NCBI RefSeq assembly: GCF_009914755.1
Contig: NC_060946.1
Source of the DNA: the human T2T-CHM13v2.0 reference genome, Homo sapiens
Direction: 5' to 3' (one strand)
Length of the DNA: 64,000 nt
Made by a program: the position numbers and the translations under genes. Positions 37,584-55,960 of the stretch are shown here, piece by piece; within the stretch, counting starts at the first letter, position 1, and every line of letters begins with the position of its first letter. The notes beneath the pieces were generated by a model, which was not told the DNA's origin, made no database searches, and saw only the letters and a list, made by a program, of their open reading frames with translations.

Positions 37584-38156
37584 GAACTCATCATTTTTTA
37601 TGGCTGCATAGTATTCCATGGTGTATATGTGCCACATTTTCTTAATCCAGTCTATCATTGTTGGACATTTGGGTTGGTTCCAAGTCTTTGCTATTGTGAA
37701 TAGTGCCGCAATAAACATACGTGTGCATGTGTCTTTATAGCAGCATGATTTATAGTCCTTTGGATATATACCCAGTAATGGGATGGCTGGGTCAAATGGT
37801 ATTTCTAGTTCTAGATCCCTGAGGAATCGCCACACTGACTTCCAAAATGGAAACCATCATTCTCAGTAAACTATCGCAAGAACAAAAAACCAAACACCGC
37901 ATATTCTCACTCATAGGTGGGAATTGAACAATGAGATCACATGGACACAGGAAGGGGAATATCACACTCTGGGGACTGTGGTGGGGTCGGGGGAGGGGGG
38001 AGGGATAGCATTGGGAGATATACCTAATGCTAGATGACACGTTAGTGGGTGCAGCGCACCAGCATGGCACATGTATACATATGTAACTAACCTGCACAAT
38101 GTGCACATGTACCCTAAAACTTAGAGTATAATAAAAAAAAATTAAAAAAAAAAAAA
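37584..38156 (+). mobile_element. L1HS pre-Ta, 5'-truncated, with twin-priming 5' inversion
   Basis: About 37584-37844 is the antisense ORF2 3' end; about 37845-38156 is the sense 3' end with poly(A). Diagnostic ACG in GATGACACGTTAGT and G in CTTAGAGTATAAT. TSD GAAAATATT at 37575-37583 and 38157-38165. Confidence 0.92.
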
Positions 38157-38489
38157 GAAAATATTTGGGAGTTGAATAATTTTAAGGAATTACTGATAAC
38201 TTGGTGTGAAAGGATAAGGGAATTGTGGTTATGCAAGAAAATGGCTTTAGTTTTTGAATATGCAGGCTTAAGTATACAAAGGCAAATTAGCATGATGCCT
38301 ATAATTTACTTTTATTTCAAATTGAAAAATTACATAAAGAAAACTTGACAAAATATTAACAATTAATTGGATTTAGGTGGTGGTTATGTGGGTGTCCATT
38401 TTTTCTACCTTTCTGTAGGCTCCAATGTTTCATAATTAAAAGGGAAAAAACGGGGCCACAAGAGAAGGTACAATTAAACATTAATGGGT

Positions 38490-42019
<3,530 letters not shown>

Positions 42020-42346
42020 TTATTTGTTTAAATACTATAAACACTAATATCATACACATGGTTAACTGGTTGTAATTTTTAAATTATATTAATAAATTTT
42101 TATAAAAACTTTTATAAATAAAACACATAAAATTTCAAATAAATAACATCTGCCACACTACCTTAAAACGGCGACTATTTCAGTATAATAAACATATATC
42201 ACAGACACTTAGAGAAAGTTCAATAAATAAAGAATAGAAAGAACAGGTAGAACAATTTTCCTCCTAATCAAAAACACAATTCCTCATTTTGAAAATTATT
42301 TCTTATCTCTCTTTTATTAAAATAAACTTTCTACTTTGAAATCTAA

Positions 42347-42721
<375 letters not shown>

Positions 42722-44127
42722 TATATTTTTATTTTTTTATAAGTGACAATGAGATGTCCTCATGATTTAAATAGTAGTCAAAACACTGGCACAGTTTAAA
42801 TTTTTAGAATTTGAGTACTAGAATTACAATGTTTGAAAATGGAGTCTGTACTTTGTTGTAAAACTATAAAGACAACATGTCACTGAAACAGTAGCTATTT
42901 TATCTTTTCCCAGAGTTATTCTCCCAGAGTGTATTTTCTAAGTTATTTCCCAGACGGTTTTAGAGCTTTTGGCAGTTTCGGTGATATAGTCTGTAAAAGC
43001 CCTTAGTCTTAATAGGAATAACACATAGTTTTGATTGCCTTAAATTTTAATTGCTTCACTTGGCAAATTTATGTGTAAACTTCATATTCTGTGGTATTTT
43101 AATATCTTGCTTGTGGAGAAGAGGAAATAGAGGAATGAAAGTAATATTCAGTCCTTGCATTGAGCTTTTGCCAAAGAAGTCTAAACAATTTCTAAAATGC
43201 CATTCAATAAGGCCACTTTAGAAGTGTTTATATGACTCTTATAACTTTAAAATAAAGAGTCTTGAAGTTAATTAAAACTCGCTTTGCTTGTGATGGGTTC
43301 TACATTAACATGGCAGATTTAATCAACCAGAATTAAAAGGTAATTCTACATTACTAAGGAGAAGAAACTGCCACATGACAGTAGTCTCCAAATCTTTCAT
43401 TTTTGGAGGCTGCCTTTTATGCCTAGATTTTAAAATGCTAATTGAAAAAAATATAGTTTACTTCCATTTGTGATTTAATTTTATTTCTATAAATAAAAAT
43501 ATAGATAGTGTTTCATCTAAAAACTGCTAAATCAGACTTTCATTTTAAGGGCATGGCAGAAATAAGGAAAGACTAACTTGGTTCTATTAATTAACATATT
43601 ATTTATTCAGGTAGTCACCAAAACCAGAATTTAAAATCTATTCAGTTAACCCATTTAAAGTTGATGTGTTTTACTCCTTTTATTTTTCTTTTTGTAGTGA
43701 TCTTTTTAACTGAATTACTGGACATCATGGGGAGTTCTACTCCTCCTATTTGGAAACTTAGGCTATCTTACCAAGTTCAATATTCAAAGTTTTTCTTTCT
43801 GCCATTAAGTTTGTTTAATTTTATATTAAGCTCAGTTTGTATTATGATATCAAATTCAGCCTGAGGGATTACTTTAAACTTTCCTAGGGTATTTACAGAT
43901 TTAATTTGTTCTTACAGTATGTAAATACCAAGAGAACATTCCTTTTAATATTATTTTTATTAAATTAACTTTGGAGTAAAAAGTTCAAGAAAAGCCCTGT
44001 ACTGAAATCACATGTTTACTAAATCCTGGATTTTCTGTACAGTCCCTACATATTTCTACTTTAAAATTCTTCTGTCATGTGAAATAATTCATTAAAAGAA
44101 GCAGGCAGATGATGACAGGTAAACTTT

Positions 44128-44341
44128 TTAATGATGTTCTAATGTTGACAATTGCAGTTTTATTTTGCTTGGATCATAATGGCGTGTAAGCATTTTAGGC
44201 CCCAGAATGCCCATAAGTAGAGCTCCATTTGGAGCTGTGATCAAGATGGCTAAAAATGCTACTGTCATCACATCCTTCGCATATGGTTCCAAGTGGGGTG
44301 CGGAGACTCTTGCTGTTTCTAGAGCCAGAGGACCTAACAGC
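44128..44341 (-). pseudogene. SLC9B1P: SLC9B1-like terminal coding exon
   Basis: LGPLALETARVSAPHLEPYAKDVMTVAFLAILITAPNGALLMGILGPKMLTRHYDPSKIKLQLSTLEHH*; 214 nt, with a 2-nt deletion just after the acceptor. Confidence 0.95.
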
Positions 44342-44799
44342 CTATATTTAGGGGTAAAAATGGGGCATAAAGAAAAATATTAAACTGAGTTAATATATAA
44401 TGTAAATGGCTCTGTTAAAATAAACAAAATCTAGTACTAGACTATTTGAAAAAAAAAAGTACTCAGTAATTTTCATAAGTTACTCATCAGTTACATGTTC
44501 TTCCTAGGAAATATATGTGGAGGAAAAGTACAATAGTGACAAATCAGCATGCAAACATTTTTGGGCTGATTTTGCACTCTTGTCCTCTCAGTGTTCCTCT
44601 ATTGAAGTATCTCTTTTGAGTGTTGCCCTCATAACACCAGGAGTTCTAACGAAACCGGTTTTGCTTAGTTGCCTTTATTGTGTACCAGTGGTTTTTGACT
44701 ACAAGAAGACAAAATAAAATATTAAGTTTTCTTATGGTTCTCTAGGATTTGTTGCCCTTCTTTTCATTGTTCTCCTTATTCAGGGGGTACTGGGTTATA

Positions 44800-45020
44800 G
44801 CAGAACTGACAGCAGGCTTGGAATCTAGCAAACTGGGTTTGAATTCTATTTTTGCTGCAACCAGGCTAGTGACCTTGTACAAATGACTCACACTCTCCAA
44901 CCTTCTACTTACTTACATGTAAAACGAAGAACAAAATATTTATCTTACTGGACGTTGTGAAAATTAAATATGAGAATGTGAAGAATACCTGGCACAGAGT
45001 AGGTATTCAGATAGTAGTAA
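44800..45020 (+). mobile_element. MIR
   Basis: CTGGGTTTGAATTC...GTGACCTTGTACAAATGACT...GTTGTGAAAATTAAAT...CCTGGCACAGAGTAGGT core. Confidence 0.7.
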
Positions 45021-45589
45021 GTTTCTTTCTCCTTCACTCCTCATCCCCTGCCAGGTCAGAGAATGAGTTCCTTTGAAGTTTTTGTTTTAGAATGACTCTA
45101 CTGGGTCACAGGTTTTTTTCCCTAGTTACCTTCTACCATATTATTTTTAATAACATAGAGCAAATTTCTTGCTAACTCTCTTTCCTTGTGTTTAATAACT
45201 AGGAATGAAATTGCCTTAAAATTTGGGGGAATTAAATACCAATATGTAACATATTTTCTATGGAGTTGCAAAGTAACAACATAATGGTAGAAACATTACC
45301 TCTGATATGGAACATTATGGCAAAAGAACCCCTCAATTTAAGATCAATTTCTACATCCTAAATCAATAATTTAAAATGGTATTATTTTTATATCATAACT
45401 TTTAATGTCCTGAACATGATCCAGTGTGCTGGAGGATGCTAGGGAGAAAAAAATAATCATGCAGAAAACCACCTTGAAAGAATCTTACAGTTTAGAAGAG
45501 GATTTGAACATAAAAGAACTGCCAACAGAAAAAAACAAAAACAGAAACCAAACCCATTGACTTTTAAGAGATGACGATAATGGTGAAAC

Positions 45590-45745
45590 TAGAAATAATA
45601 TTTTTATAGTTATATGGCATTCATCATATGTCAGGTATCATTCTTAAAGCTTTCCATTTATCAATTCATTTAATTCTTATGACAACCTTATTATGTGAGG
45701 ACTTTTATTAGATGATAAATGATTTCCTCCTAGTGACTGAGATTT
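45590..45745 (-). mobile_element. MIR fragment
   Basis: TTCATCATATGTCAGG...TCATTTAATTCTTATGACAACCTTA. Confidence 0.5.
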
Positions 45746-46349
45746 AATATTATTTCTTTAAAAAAATCCAATTGCCAAGCTGATCTTACATTTGTAAACT
45801 AAATTATTTATTTACTCTCCTAATAGCTTCTATTTTTCCAGTCCAATTTTTATCAGTAACTCGAAACAAAGGAACAAGAGAAAGCTGAATCTTAGCCAAT
45901 TTTAGTTTAGCAGCAGAGAATGGCGGAAGAGGATAAAGGTGAAAATAATTTAAAATTGAAATTTAAATATTTGTTGATTGTATTTACTTGTGACATTATT
46001 GTTATCTATTATTGCTGTTGTGACTCTACTTGTATAAATAATTAATTTTTTATGTCTTGCCAGTTTCTGGGACCAGCTTGATATTCTTTATGTAGAAGCT
46101 AGCCTGGAGCCAGCAGACAAGAATAGGCAGAAGCAGAATAATACTGCAGGACTCGAGTGAGTGGTCTCTTTCCTCATACCTGCTTTTCTTTTTTTCCTGC
46201 TTTATGAAAATTATGAAATAATGAAACAAAATTGCAAGAGTATAGCTGGAAGGAGAGAGAACAGATACTCCTTTTGTAGATTCATTATTCCTTACAGTAG
46301 ACATTAAAAATAAAAAGTTATTATTTATATTACTTGAAGGTAAGATAAA

Positions 46350-46590
46350 ATAACAACATTGTTTGCTAACTGAGCACCACCATATGCCAGAGAGAGTGCT
46401 AAGCACTTTATGTGGATTATCTCATTGAATCCTGGCAACACTGCTAAGAAACAGATACAGTCATAGACTTCATTGTAAGAAGAGAACACTGAAGGACTGA
46501 GAGACTAGAAAATAATTTTCCTGAGGTTATAGGCAAGTAACATGGTATTCAAAACAGGTAGTCTGGCCCTATGAACCTGCTTTTCTAACA
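46350..46590 (-). mobile_element. MIR
   Basis: TGAGCACCACCATATGCCAG...GTGCTAAGCACTTTATGTGGATTATCTCATTGAATCCT. Confidence 0.7.
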
Positions 46591-47064
46591 TGATAATAGA
46601 GGTTTTTTTTGCATGAAAATTTAGGAGCTTCTGTTTTGGAATAACAACTAGGAAAAGAGCCACAGGAAATTAAGGTATATTATGCTGCCAAGTTAAACAA
46701 TCTGACAAGAAGTAGCCATATATTATAGTAGGAGGAGAATATCCTTGAATAACAGGGCAAAATTACAAGGTTTCCCTTTCCGTTCATTCATACTTGCAGG
46801 CATGCAATATGTATTTGCCTCCTGCATGTCAGGCACTGTGTTAAGTGCCAGGGAGAAATAATGAAAAACAACTGCAACAACCAGACACTGTCCATGTCCT
46901 TAAGTAGTCTATCAAGGGGGCGGGGGCAGGGATTTAGCCATTAACCAAATAGTATACAAATAAATGTGTAATTAAAAAAATATATGTGCATTTGTGTGAT
47001 GGAGTGAGTGGCAAGGTAGGAAAAGTATTTTTTAAAAAATCAATGTGTCTCTATTTTACTTTAC

Positions 47065-47356
47065 TTTTTTTTGTGACAGGGTCTCACTTTGTCACCTAAG
47101 CTGGAGTGAAGTGGCATGACCTCAGCTCACTGCAGCCTCAACCTCCTGAGTTCAAGCAATCCTCCTGCCTCAGCCCCCAAGTAGCTGTGACTACAGGTGC
47201 ATTCCACCACACCTGAATAATTTTTTTTTATTTTTTGTAGAGACGGGGGTTTTACCATGTTGCCCAGGCTGGTCTTGAACTCCTGAGCTCAAGTGATCTG
47301 CCTGCCTCAGCCTCCCGAAGTGCTAGGATTACATGCATGAGCCACCATGCCTGGCC
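47065..47356 (-). mobile_element. Alu (AluJ-like)
   Basis: GACAGGGTCTCAC...CTCCTGAGCTCAAGTGATC. Confidence 0.88.
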
Positions 47357-47560
47357 TGTGTCTCTACTTTTTAAAATCATAACATTTAGCTTTGTTATAT
47401 TCAGCAAAATATAAAAACTCTAATTTTCAGATATATTCTTATTATATATTTTAGGAAAATAAAAAACATATTTTCATAAACTTAGGAAGTACTTATTGAA
47501 AGAATACTTTTTGATTTCAAAATAATTGCTTTTAAAACTGAGATTTCAAAAGGTTACATT

Positions 47561-48199
<639 letters not shown>

Positions 48200-48204
48200 T
48201 TACT

Positions 48205-48343
48205 TCTGTTTATTTATTTATTTATTTATTTGAGATTGAGTCTTGCTCTGTCGCCCAGACTGGAGTACAGTGGTGCCATCTCAGCCTACTGCAACCTCCG
48301 CCTCCTGGGTTCAAGCGATTCTCCCATCTCAGCCTCCTGAGTA
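48205..48343 (-). mobile_element. Partial Alu (3' part)
   Basis: (TTTA)n tail then GAGTCTTGCTCTGTCGCCCAG...CAGCCTCCTGAGTA. Confidence 0.85.
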
Positions 48344-48504
48344 ACGGACTGGTTACGTTAATTTTAATGAATAGTTATGATCAATCAAACATTTAAAAAG
48401 TAAGGATAATAGCTCATATTTTGTGATTGGAGTAACATTTTTCATTTTAAATTTTAAAGGCATCAAAATGAAAGCATTAAGCAATAGGCTTAATATGTTC
48501 TTAC

Positions 48505-48641
48505 CTGTACTGTAGCTTTGGGCATCCATGCTAAAGCAATAAATATTTTCTCCTTAAAACTAAAACCAGCAAAGCACATCAATAGATATGTGGTTAAAAT
48601 TCGAACACATAATGCCAAACTCAGAGTGTCAACGGACATGC
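48505..48641 (-). pseudogene. SLC9B1P: SLC9B1-like exon
   Basis: (G)MSVDTLSLALCVRILTTYLLMCFAGFSFKEKIFIALAWMPKATVQ; AG/GT intact. Confidence 0.95.
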
Positions 48642-48926
48642 CTACAACAGATGAAAACAAACATAAATAACAAAATATTTGTGAAGAAGTGTTCTTTATG
48701 CCCAGGAATATGATTTCTAAAACTTTTGAAAGCATTTTAAGGCTTTTGTCTCTTCATGTGTTTAATTTTTACATAAAACAATGATAATAAAAAATGAATA
48801 TGATGGAGGATTCTCTGTAAAGTGCAAGACAGTATCTGATGGTGGAGGTTCCATGAAAAATAAGACAGATGACATTTATACAATTCTGAACTAATAGACT
48901 TTTTTTGAATACTTTTATTATTATAA

Positions 48927-49224
<298 letters not shown>

Positions 49225-49523
49225 AATAGTTTTAAATGAAAGTACTCAAAAAGTGCTGGTCGTATCAAATATGTTCCCTCAGGAAACAAATCTATTTATT
49301 TCCTTAGATAACTCAGGGAAGATATTCAGGGCTGTCCTTGGTTTAAAAAAAAAGAACACACAGTGTAAAGGAAGAGCAATATGAATATATGACACTGTAT
49401 CAACATGTGTTTCTGAAGGTCCTTGTAGCCATTCAAAGATATATTGTAAATAAAAATAAATGTATTTATAATTTTCTTAAATATTTTTGAATTTCATATT
49501 TTTTGTGCTCTATTTATTCTTAC

Positions 49524-49629
49524 CAACATTTGATTCAAGCGATGAAACAGATACTTCTGCTCCAACTAAACCAAAAAGAAGTGGTTGAAAAATATCCCAT
49601 ACATTTGTAATAATCTTTTGGACTTTCAT
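49524..49629 (-). pseudogene. SLC9B1P: SLC9B1-like exon
   Basis: MKVQKIITNVWDIFQPLLFGLVGAEVSVSSLESNV(G); AG/GT intact; one codon shorter than recalled SLC9B1. Confidence 0.94.
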
Positions 49630-49726
49630 CTATAGAAAAGAGAAATACATTTATAATTATTTTGGCACATAAATATATTTCAGAAAGTTAAAGTCTCCCT
49701 CACCTTTTTTTTTCACTTTTTAAGTA

Positions 49727-50025
49727 TTTTAGAGATGGGGTCTTGCTCTGTTGCCCAGGCTGGAGTGTAGTGGCATAATCATAGCTCACTGTAGCCTTGA
49801 ACTCCTGGGCTCAAGTGATCCTCTCACAGTCTCCCAAGTAGATCTACAGGTGTGTACCACCATGCTGGGCTAATTTTTAAATTGTTTATCTAGATGGGGT
49901 CTCGCTATATTGCCCAGGATGGTCTAGAACTCCTATCTTCAAGTGGTCTCTGGCTGTGGCCTCCCAAAGCACTGGCATTATAAACATGAGCCACCATGCC
50001 TGGCCTAAAGTCACTTAACATTTAA
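49727..50025 (-). mobile_element. Alu (AluJ-like)
   Basis: CATAGCTCACTGTAGCCTTGAACTCCTGGGCTCAAG. Confidence 0.88.
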
Positions 50026-52226
50026 TAAATTTAAGACACTTTATTTTAATAAAAATGTTAAACTTAATTAATAAAAACTGAGCACTACAGTAGTTTTACT
50101 CAAACACTTAAGTAGAATTTAATTAAAAGAAACTCACAAAGCAATAAAATAATACTATTTGGTCATTTTGTCACAGAATAAGTGATGTCCTTAGGGTTCT
50201 AGCCATGTTTCGTATGAGTTCCAGATTTTGTCTCTAAGTTAACTGAACAGAGATAGAACTACATCATGCCTGATGAGAACATACCCAGTTCATGCAAACA
50301 TTTGTGTTCTCAGAAGGGGGTTGGGAAGCCTTCCACTAACAACCATCCTGGAACTCAATCCCATTAAAGTGAATCCTGATATATATAGCATATACTACTA
50401 AGAAAAACAATTTGGAAGTCTGCTAGGCCTGCTTCCAAAGAACCCATGTTGAGTACTTTAAAGTTACTTTTTCCTTAAAACAAAACCAAAACATATATTA
50501 GATTCTCGTTTAGCTGCCTACCCAGCTTCCCTTTCTGGAAACGAATGCCTCCCAGTGCCACTTCCCCAATTAAAAGGTTACAGGAAAGGCCCCTATTGGC
50601 CTACATTACTCTGGCTCTTCTCCAGGAATTTGGATGAAGAGATTTCAGTCTCAGTCTGGGTTTAATTTTTTTTTTTTAAACAGAAGATACATAAGAACTT
50701 TGATGCCACTTCCTTGAGGCATAAACTATCTTCATAACTATTTCCCTTATGACTGTGTTTTCTGATCCCCACTTATTATAGTTTAAAAAACGAAAAACAA
50801 AGAAAAACGATGTTACTACTCTTTACAGCATAATTATCCTATTTGTTACTTTTAATCTTTAAAACTTGTTTTAGTTCTGTTTCTTTTACCATTTAAAAAA
50901 TTCTAGCAGTTTTAATTTTATTTATTGATTTGCATTTCATTCATTTCATTTCTTTTATAATTATGATTATATAAGAATACTAAGCAAAATGCCACTATGA
51001 TTTTTGATTAGGGGACTTCTCAAGCTGATTCTAAAATTTATCTAAGAAAGAATATGTGTAGGAACAGCCAAAAAATACTTTAAAAAGAAGTATAATCTAT
51101 ATTAGATTTTGACACATAAAACTGCAGTGATGTAAAACAGTAGTGTTGGCATAGAAATAGAGAAGTAGGATTAAATAGACTTCAGAATTAATATATATGG
51201 GAGAATTTAGTTCATATTAAAAAACTGAATTATTAATGAATTGGTCAATAAATAAACAATTTGGCAAAAAATGACTGTCTAGTTTATGTGCTTATATCTG
51301 TATGTACATATTCATCACATGCAAGTATATATGTGTCTGAATATGTATATATATTTATGTGTGTGTATATATATACACACACACATCAGGCATGATGTAT
51401 TTCTATCTCTATTCAGTTAACTTACAAAATGTATGTGTGTGTGTGTATATATATATAGTTTGTAAGATACACATATGTATACATGCAAACTTTACCTCAC
51501 AAAATGTATGTGTGTGTGTTTATATATATATATAGTTTGTAAGATACACATATGTATATATGTATAACCTTACCTCACAGCATTCACAAAGATGAATTCC
51601 AGATAGATTAAAGGACTAAATGAAAAAACAAATTAAACAAACAAAAACTACCAAAATATTAAATGATAATACACAAAATAGTATATCTTTGTAATGTTTA
51701 TATGTTATAATCTTCAGTGAGAAAGTCCTTCTTAAATGAGATGCAGAATCCAAAACCAAAAAAGGAAAACCCAATAGGTTTGGTCATAGGAAATTTTACT
51801 TTCATACACCAGACACCATAAACAAAGTTGAAGATAAGCAAAAATTATATGCAATATATACATAACAAAGGATCAGTAGCACTAAGAGAAACCATAAATT
51901 AGAAACAAAAAAATAAATAACCCAATAAAAATGGTCAAAGAAGATCATAGGTATTTTAAAAAGAATATGTGAAGAGAAGCTTACTATACTACTAATCAGA
52001 GAAATGTAAATAAAGAATAACAACATCACATAATTGTAAGAAACTATAAGAATTGAATGGTGAGGTCATTTAATAGTAAAAAGAATAGAACTAGTGATAA
52101 TACCAAGTGCTGTTGATGAGTTAAAGTATTAGATATTTTTGTGCACTGTTGGCAGAGTGTAAATAACCAAAATTTTTGAAGGGATAATTTAGCAGTGTCC
52201 ATCAAAATAAAACACAGATCATTTCC

Positions 52227-52358
52227 AGCCAGGTGTGGTAGCTCATGCTTATAATCCTAGCACTTTGCAATGTCAAGTTGGGAGGACCCCTTGAGCTCAG
52301 GATTTTGAGACCAGCCCGGACAACATAGACAGAGGCTCTGTCTCAAAAAAAAAAAAAA
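52227..52358 (+). mobile_element. FLAM / Alu left monomer
   Basis: GCCAGGTGTGGTAGCTCATGC...TGTCTC followed by poly(A). Confidence 0.82.
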
Positions 52359-52361
52359 TCA

Positions 52362-52667
<306 letters not shown>

Positions 52668-52889
52668 GACATGAACAACACTGTTTATGACAGCACTGTT
52701 TGTAAATAACAAAAAGTGGAAACGATCTTAATGTCTATAAATAGAATACTGGTTACTTAAAAAAATGTAAGTTGGTTAGATATTTGACAGTGGTGGGGAA
52801 TAAAGAAATCTTTTACATTTTATTCTATATGTTTTATTCTTTTACAAGCATTTCTATTTTTATTATTTATTTGTTTGTGTATTACTATT

Positions 52890-53221
<332 letters not shown>

Positions 53222-53514
53222 TAATTAAAATTTCAAAGAATAAAATAATTAGATTGATATAAGTAATATAATAATATTATATAAAACTTGGGAAAAAGAG
53301 AAGCCTGATGTGACTAACTCAACTTCTGATTCCATATTAGTATATTTCCAGCTGCATTTCCTAAATATTTTATTTCCTCGATTGATTCATACACTTTCTT
53401 GAGGATAGCAAACCTTTTGGAATATTTTCCAACCAGAATGAGGGGATTTCCTAAATACATGCAAAAAATTCAGTTGTCTTAGCTTTTAAAATATAGCATA
53501 TTAAAAATATTCAC

Positions 53515-53664
53515 CTTTTCTTGGGACCATTTTGTCCCTTCAATGAGACTCAACACTAGTGTGCATAATCCCCCAGATCCATGTAAACCAATAGGTTGGC
53601 TGCCTAAGACAGCAGAAACGCACGTGGTCAAAACAAGGAATCCTCTCTTCAATGTAAGTTTTTT
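53515..53664 (-). pseudogene. SLC9B1P: SLC9B1-like exon
   Basis: KKLTLKRGFLVLTTCVSAVLGSQPIGLHGSGGLCTLVLSLIEGTKWSQEK; 150 nt; AG/GT intact. Confidence 0.94.
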
Positions 53665-54507
53665 CTAGAATTAGATAGATATTTAGAAATTAGTTTATAT
53701 TAAATATATAATACAAGATTTGACATTATCTATTATATATGTTTGACCCTTTGACATTATGTCTTTAAATGTTATATTAAATGTCTAAAATTTTGATTTT
53801 CTTTCTCACCATACATTTTAGCAGACTTACTACCAAGTAAAAAAATTTCCAATTAGTAACGTTTCATCTTCTGCCACATCTCTGATACTGGTATCAGTAA
53901 AATGGTTAAAGTATTACTTTAAGTGAAGAAGAAAAGAGACCCATAAAATCTCCAGTTTCATATAACATATCCAATGAATTCTTAAAAAATATTTGAATAT
54001 CTCTTTGGTCAGTATGTTACAGCAAAATTTGGATGGAAATTACAGAAATACAAAAGTAATGGCATGTTTTCCTTTAAGGCAGGAAATGGCTAAGGTTGAG
54101 AGCTGCCTTTGTCAAAGGATAGCAGGAGTGAATTTCAGTCAGAAAATATGCAGAAATAAATGGGAACCTATCTCCCCCTAAAATGTTTAAGGGAAAATTT
54201 GGGGGAAATTATCAAACATCAATAGGCAATTTAGTAGAGAAAGGGAAAGTATAATTCAGAGAGATACTCTGCATTAAGTATATTTTTTGACATTCCTTAT
54301 TTGCCAAATCAGGAAGCAGAGACTTTAATCAAAGCCATTGACCTGTATCAATCACTGCTGTGCTCAGTTTTAAATACAGAGTAGGCATTGGAGGCTAGTT
54401 TTAGAAAAATAGAGTTAAGTATTAAATTTCATGGATCTTACCAAAGTTTAATATTTTGGAAAAAAATGTCTAATACTATACTTCTATAAAATAGATTTTG
54501 TATTTAC

Positions 54508-54614
54508 CTGGTCTTCGCTTGGAAAATATCAAACAAAAAATCCCAAAACAATTCCTGCCAGCAGACTAAAGCATACGTTCCTTACAGAGGCTATGGCGTT
54601 ATTAAGCATACCAC
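54508..54614 (-). pseudogene. SLC9B1P: SLC9B1-like exon with nonsense codon
   Basis: GMLNNAIASVRNVCFSLLAGIVLGFFV*YFPSEDQ; TGA at 54529-54531. Confidence 0.94.
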
Positions 54615-54927
54615 CTGTAGGGGCAAACAATTAAAAAAAAAAATCACAAAGAAATATTTTCACATACACTACACATCAGAAAAGCAAATCTAGGTGGTTC
54701 ATGAAGAAAAGCAAGCATTTTATAGAACATATATATGCAAATGGTCTTTTTATAGTGACGTATGAAAACACGTAGATCTATTTAGTACATTAAATATATA
54801 CGCTCAAATAATTTAATATATACACACAACTCAGAAATGTCCATTATATAAATAGGCCAGAAAACAAAGACTTAACAAGCACAAGGTGCTCCCCTTATAT
54901 AGCCAATTTAAAAGACAGAGTGAAATA

Positions 54928-55270
<343 letters not shown>

Positions 55271-55667
55271 TTAGCATATGGCTGGTAAGGGCTATATTAA
55301 CAATTCTTCTTTGATGTACTATATGAAAAAGAAACAAATGATTTTAATATGAAAAGGACAATGTAATAACAACATAAAAAATGTTGTTCCAGGGTCAGTC
55401 CTAGAAACATTGAAGCGTCATTTAAGATTTCAGTATATTTAAGTTTCTGCTTTTGGTGAAGAAAAAAGGAAAAAAAATACAAAAGATTCCAGTATATTTT
55501 ATATTAATTAATATTAATATATCCATACTTGTAGTTCATTGTAATAAGTAAAAAACAAAAAATAGAAAAACAGAATGAGTCACAAAAATAGTTCAGTTAA
55601 GCTCTGGGTAGTGGATTCAATATAGTACGTAAGTATATTTTTAGATATATTTTCTACTAAATATAAC

Positions 55668-55960
55668 AGGCAGCGCATGGTGGGCTCACACCTTTAATCC
55701 TAGCACTTTGGGAGGCCAAGGCAGAAGGATTGCTTGAGCCCAAGAGTTGAGACCAACTTGAGCAACAGAGTGAAACCCCATCTTCACAAGAAAATAAGAA
55801 ATTAGCCTGGTATGTGGTGTGTTCCTATAGTCCACGTACTCAGTAGCCTGAGGGAGGAGGTCCCTTGAGCTCAGGAGTTCGAGGCTGCACTCTAGCCTGG
55901 CTGACAGAGCAAGATCCTGTCTCAAGAAAATAAAATATAATAAAAATAAAAAATAATATA
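55668..55960 (+). mobile_element. Alu (AluJ-like)
   Basis: GGATTGCTTGAGCCCAAGAG...GAGGCTGCA. Confidence 0.85.
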
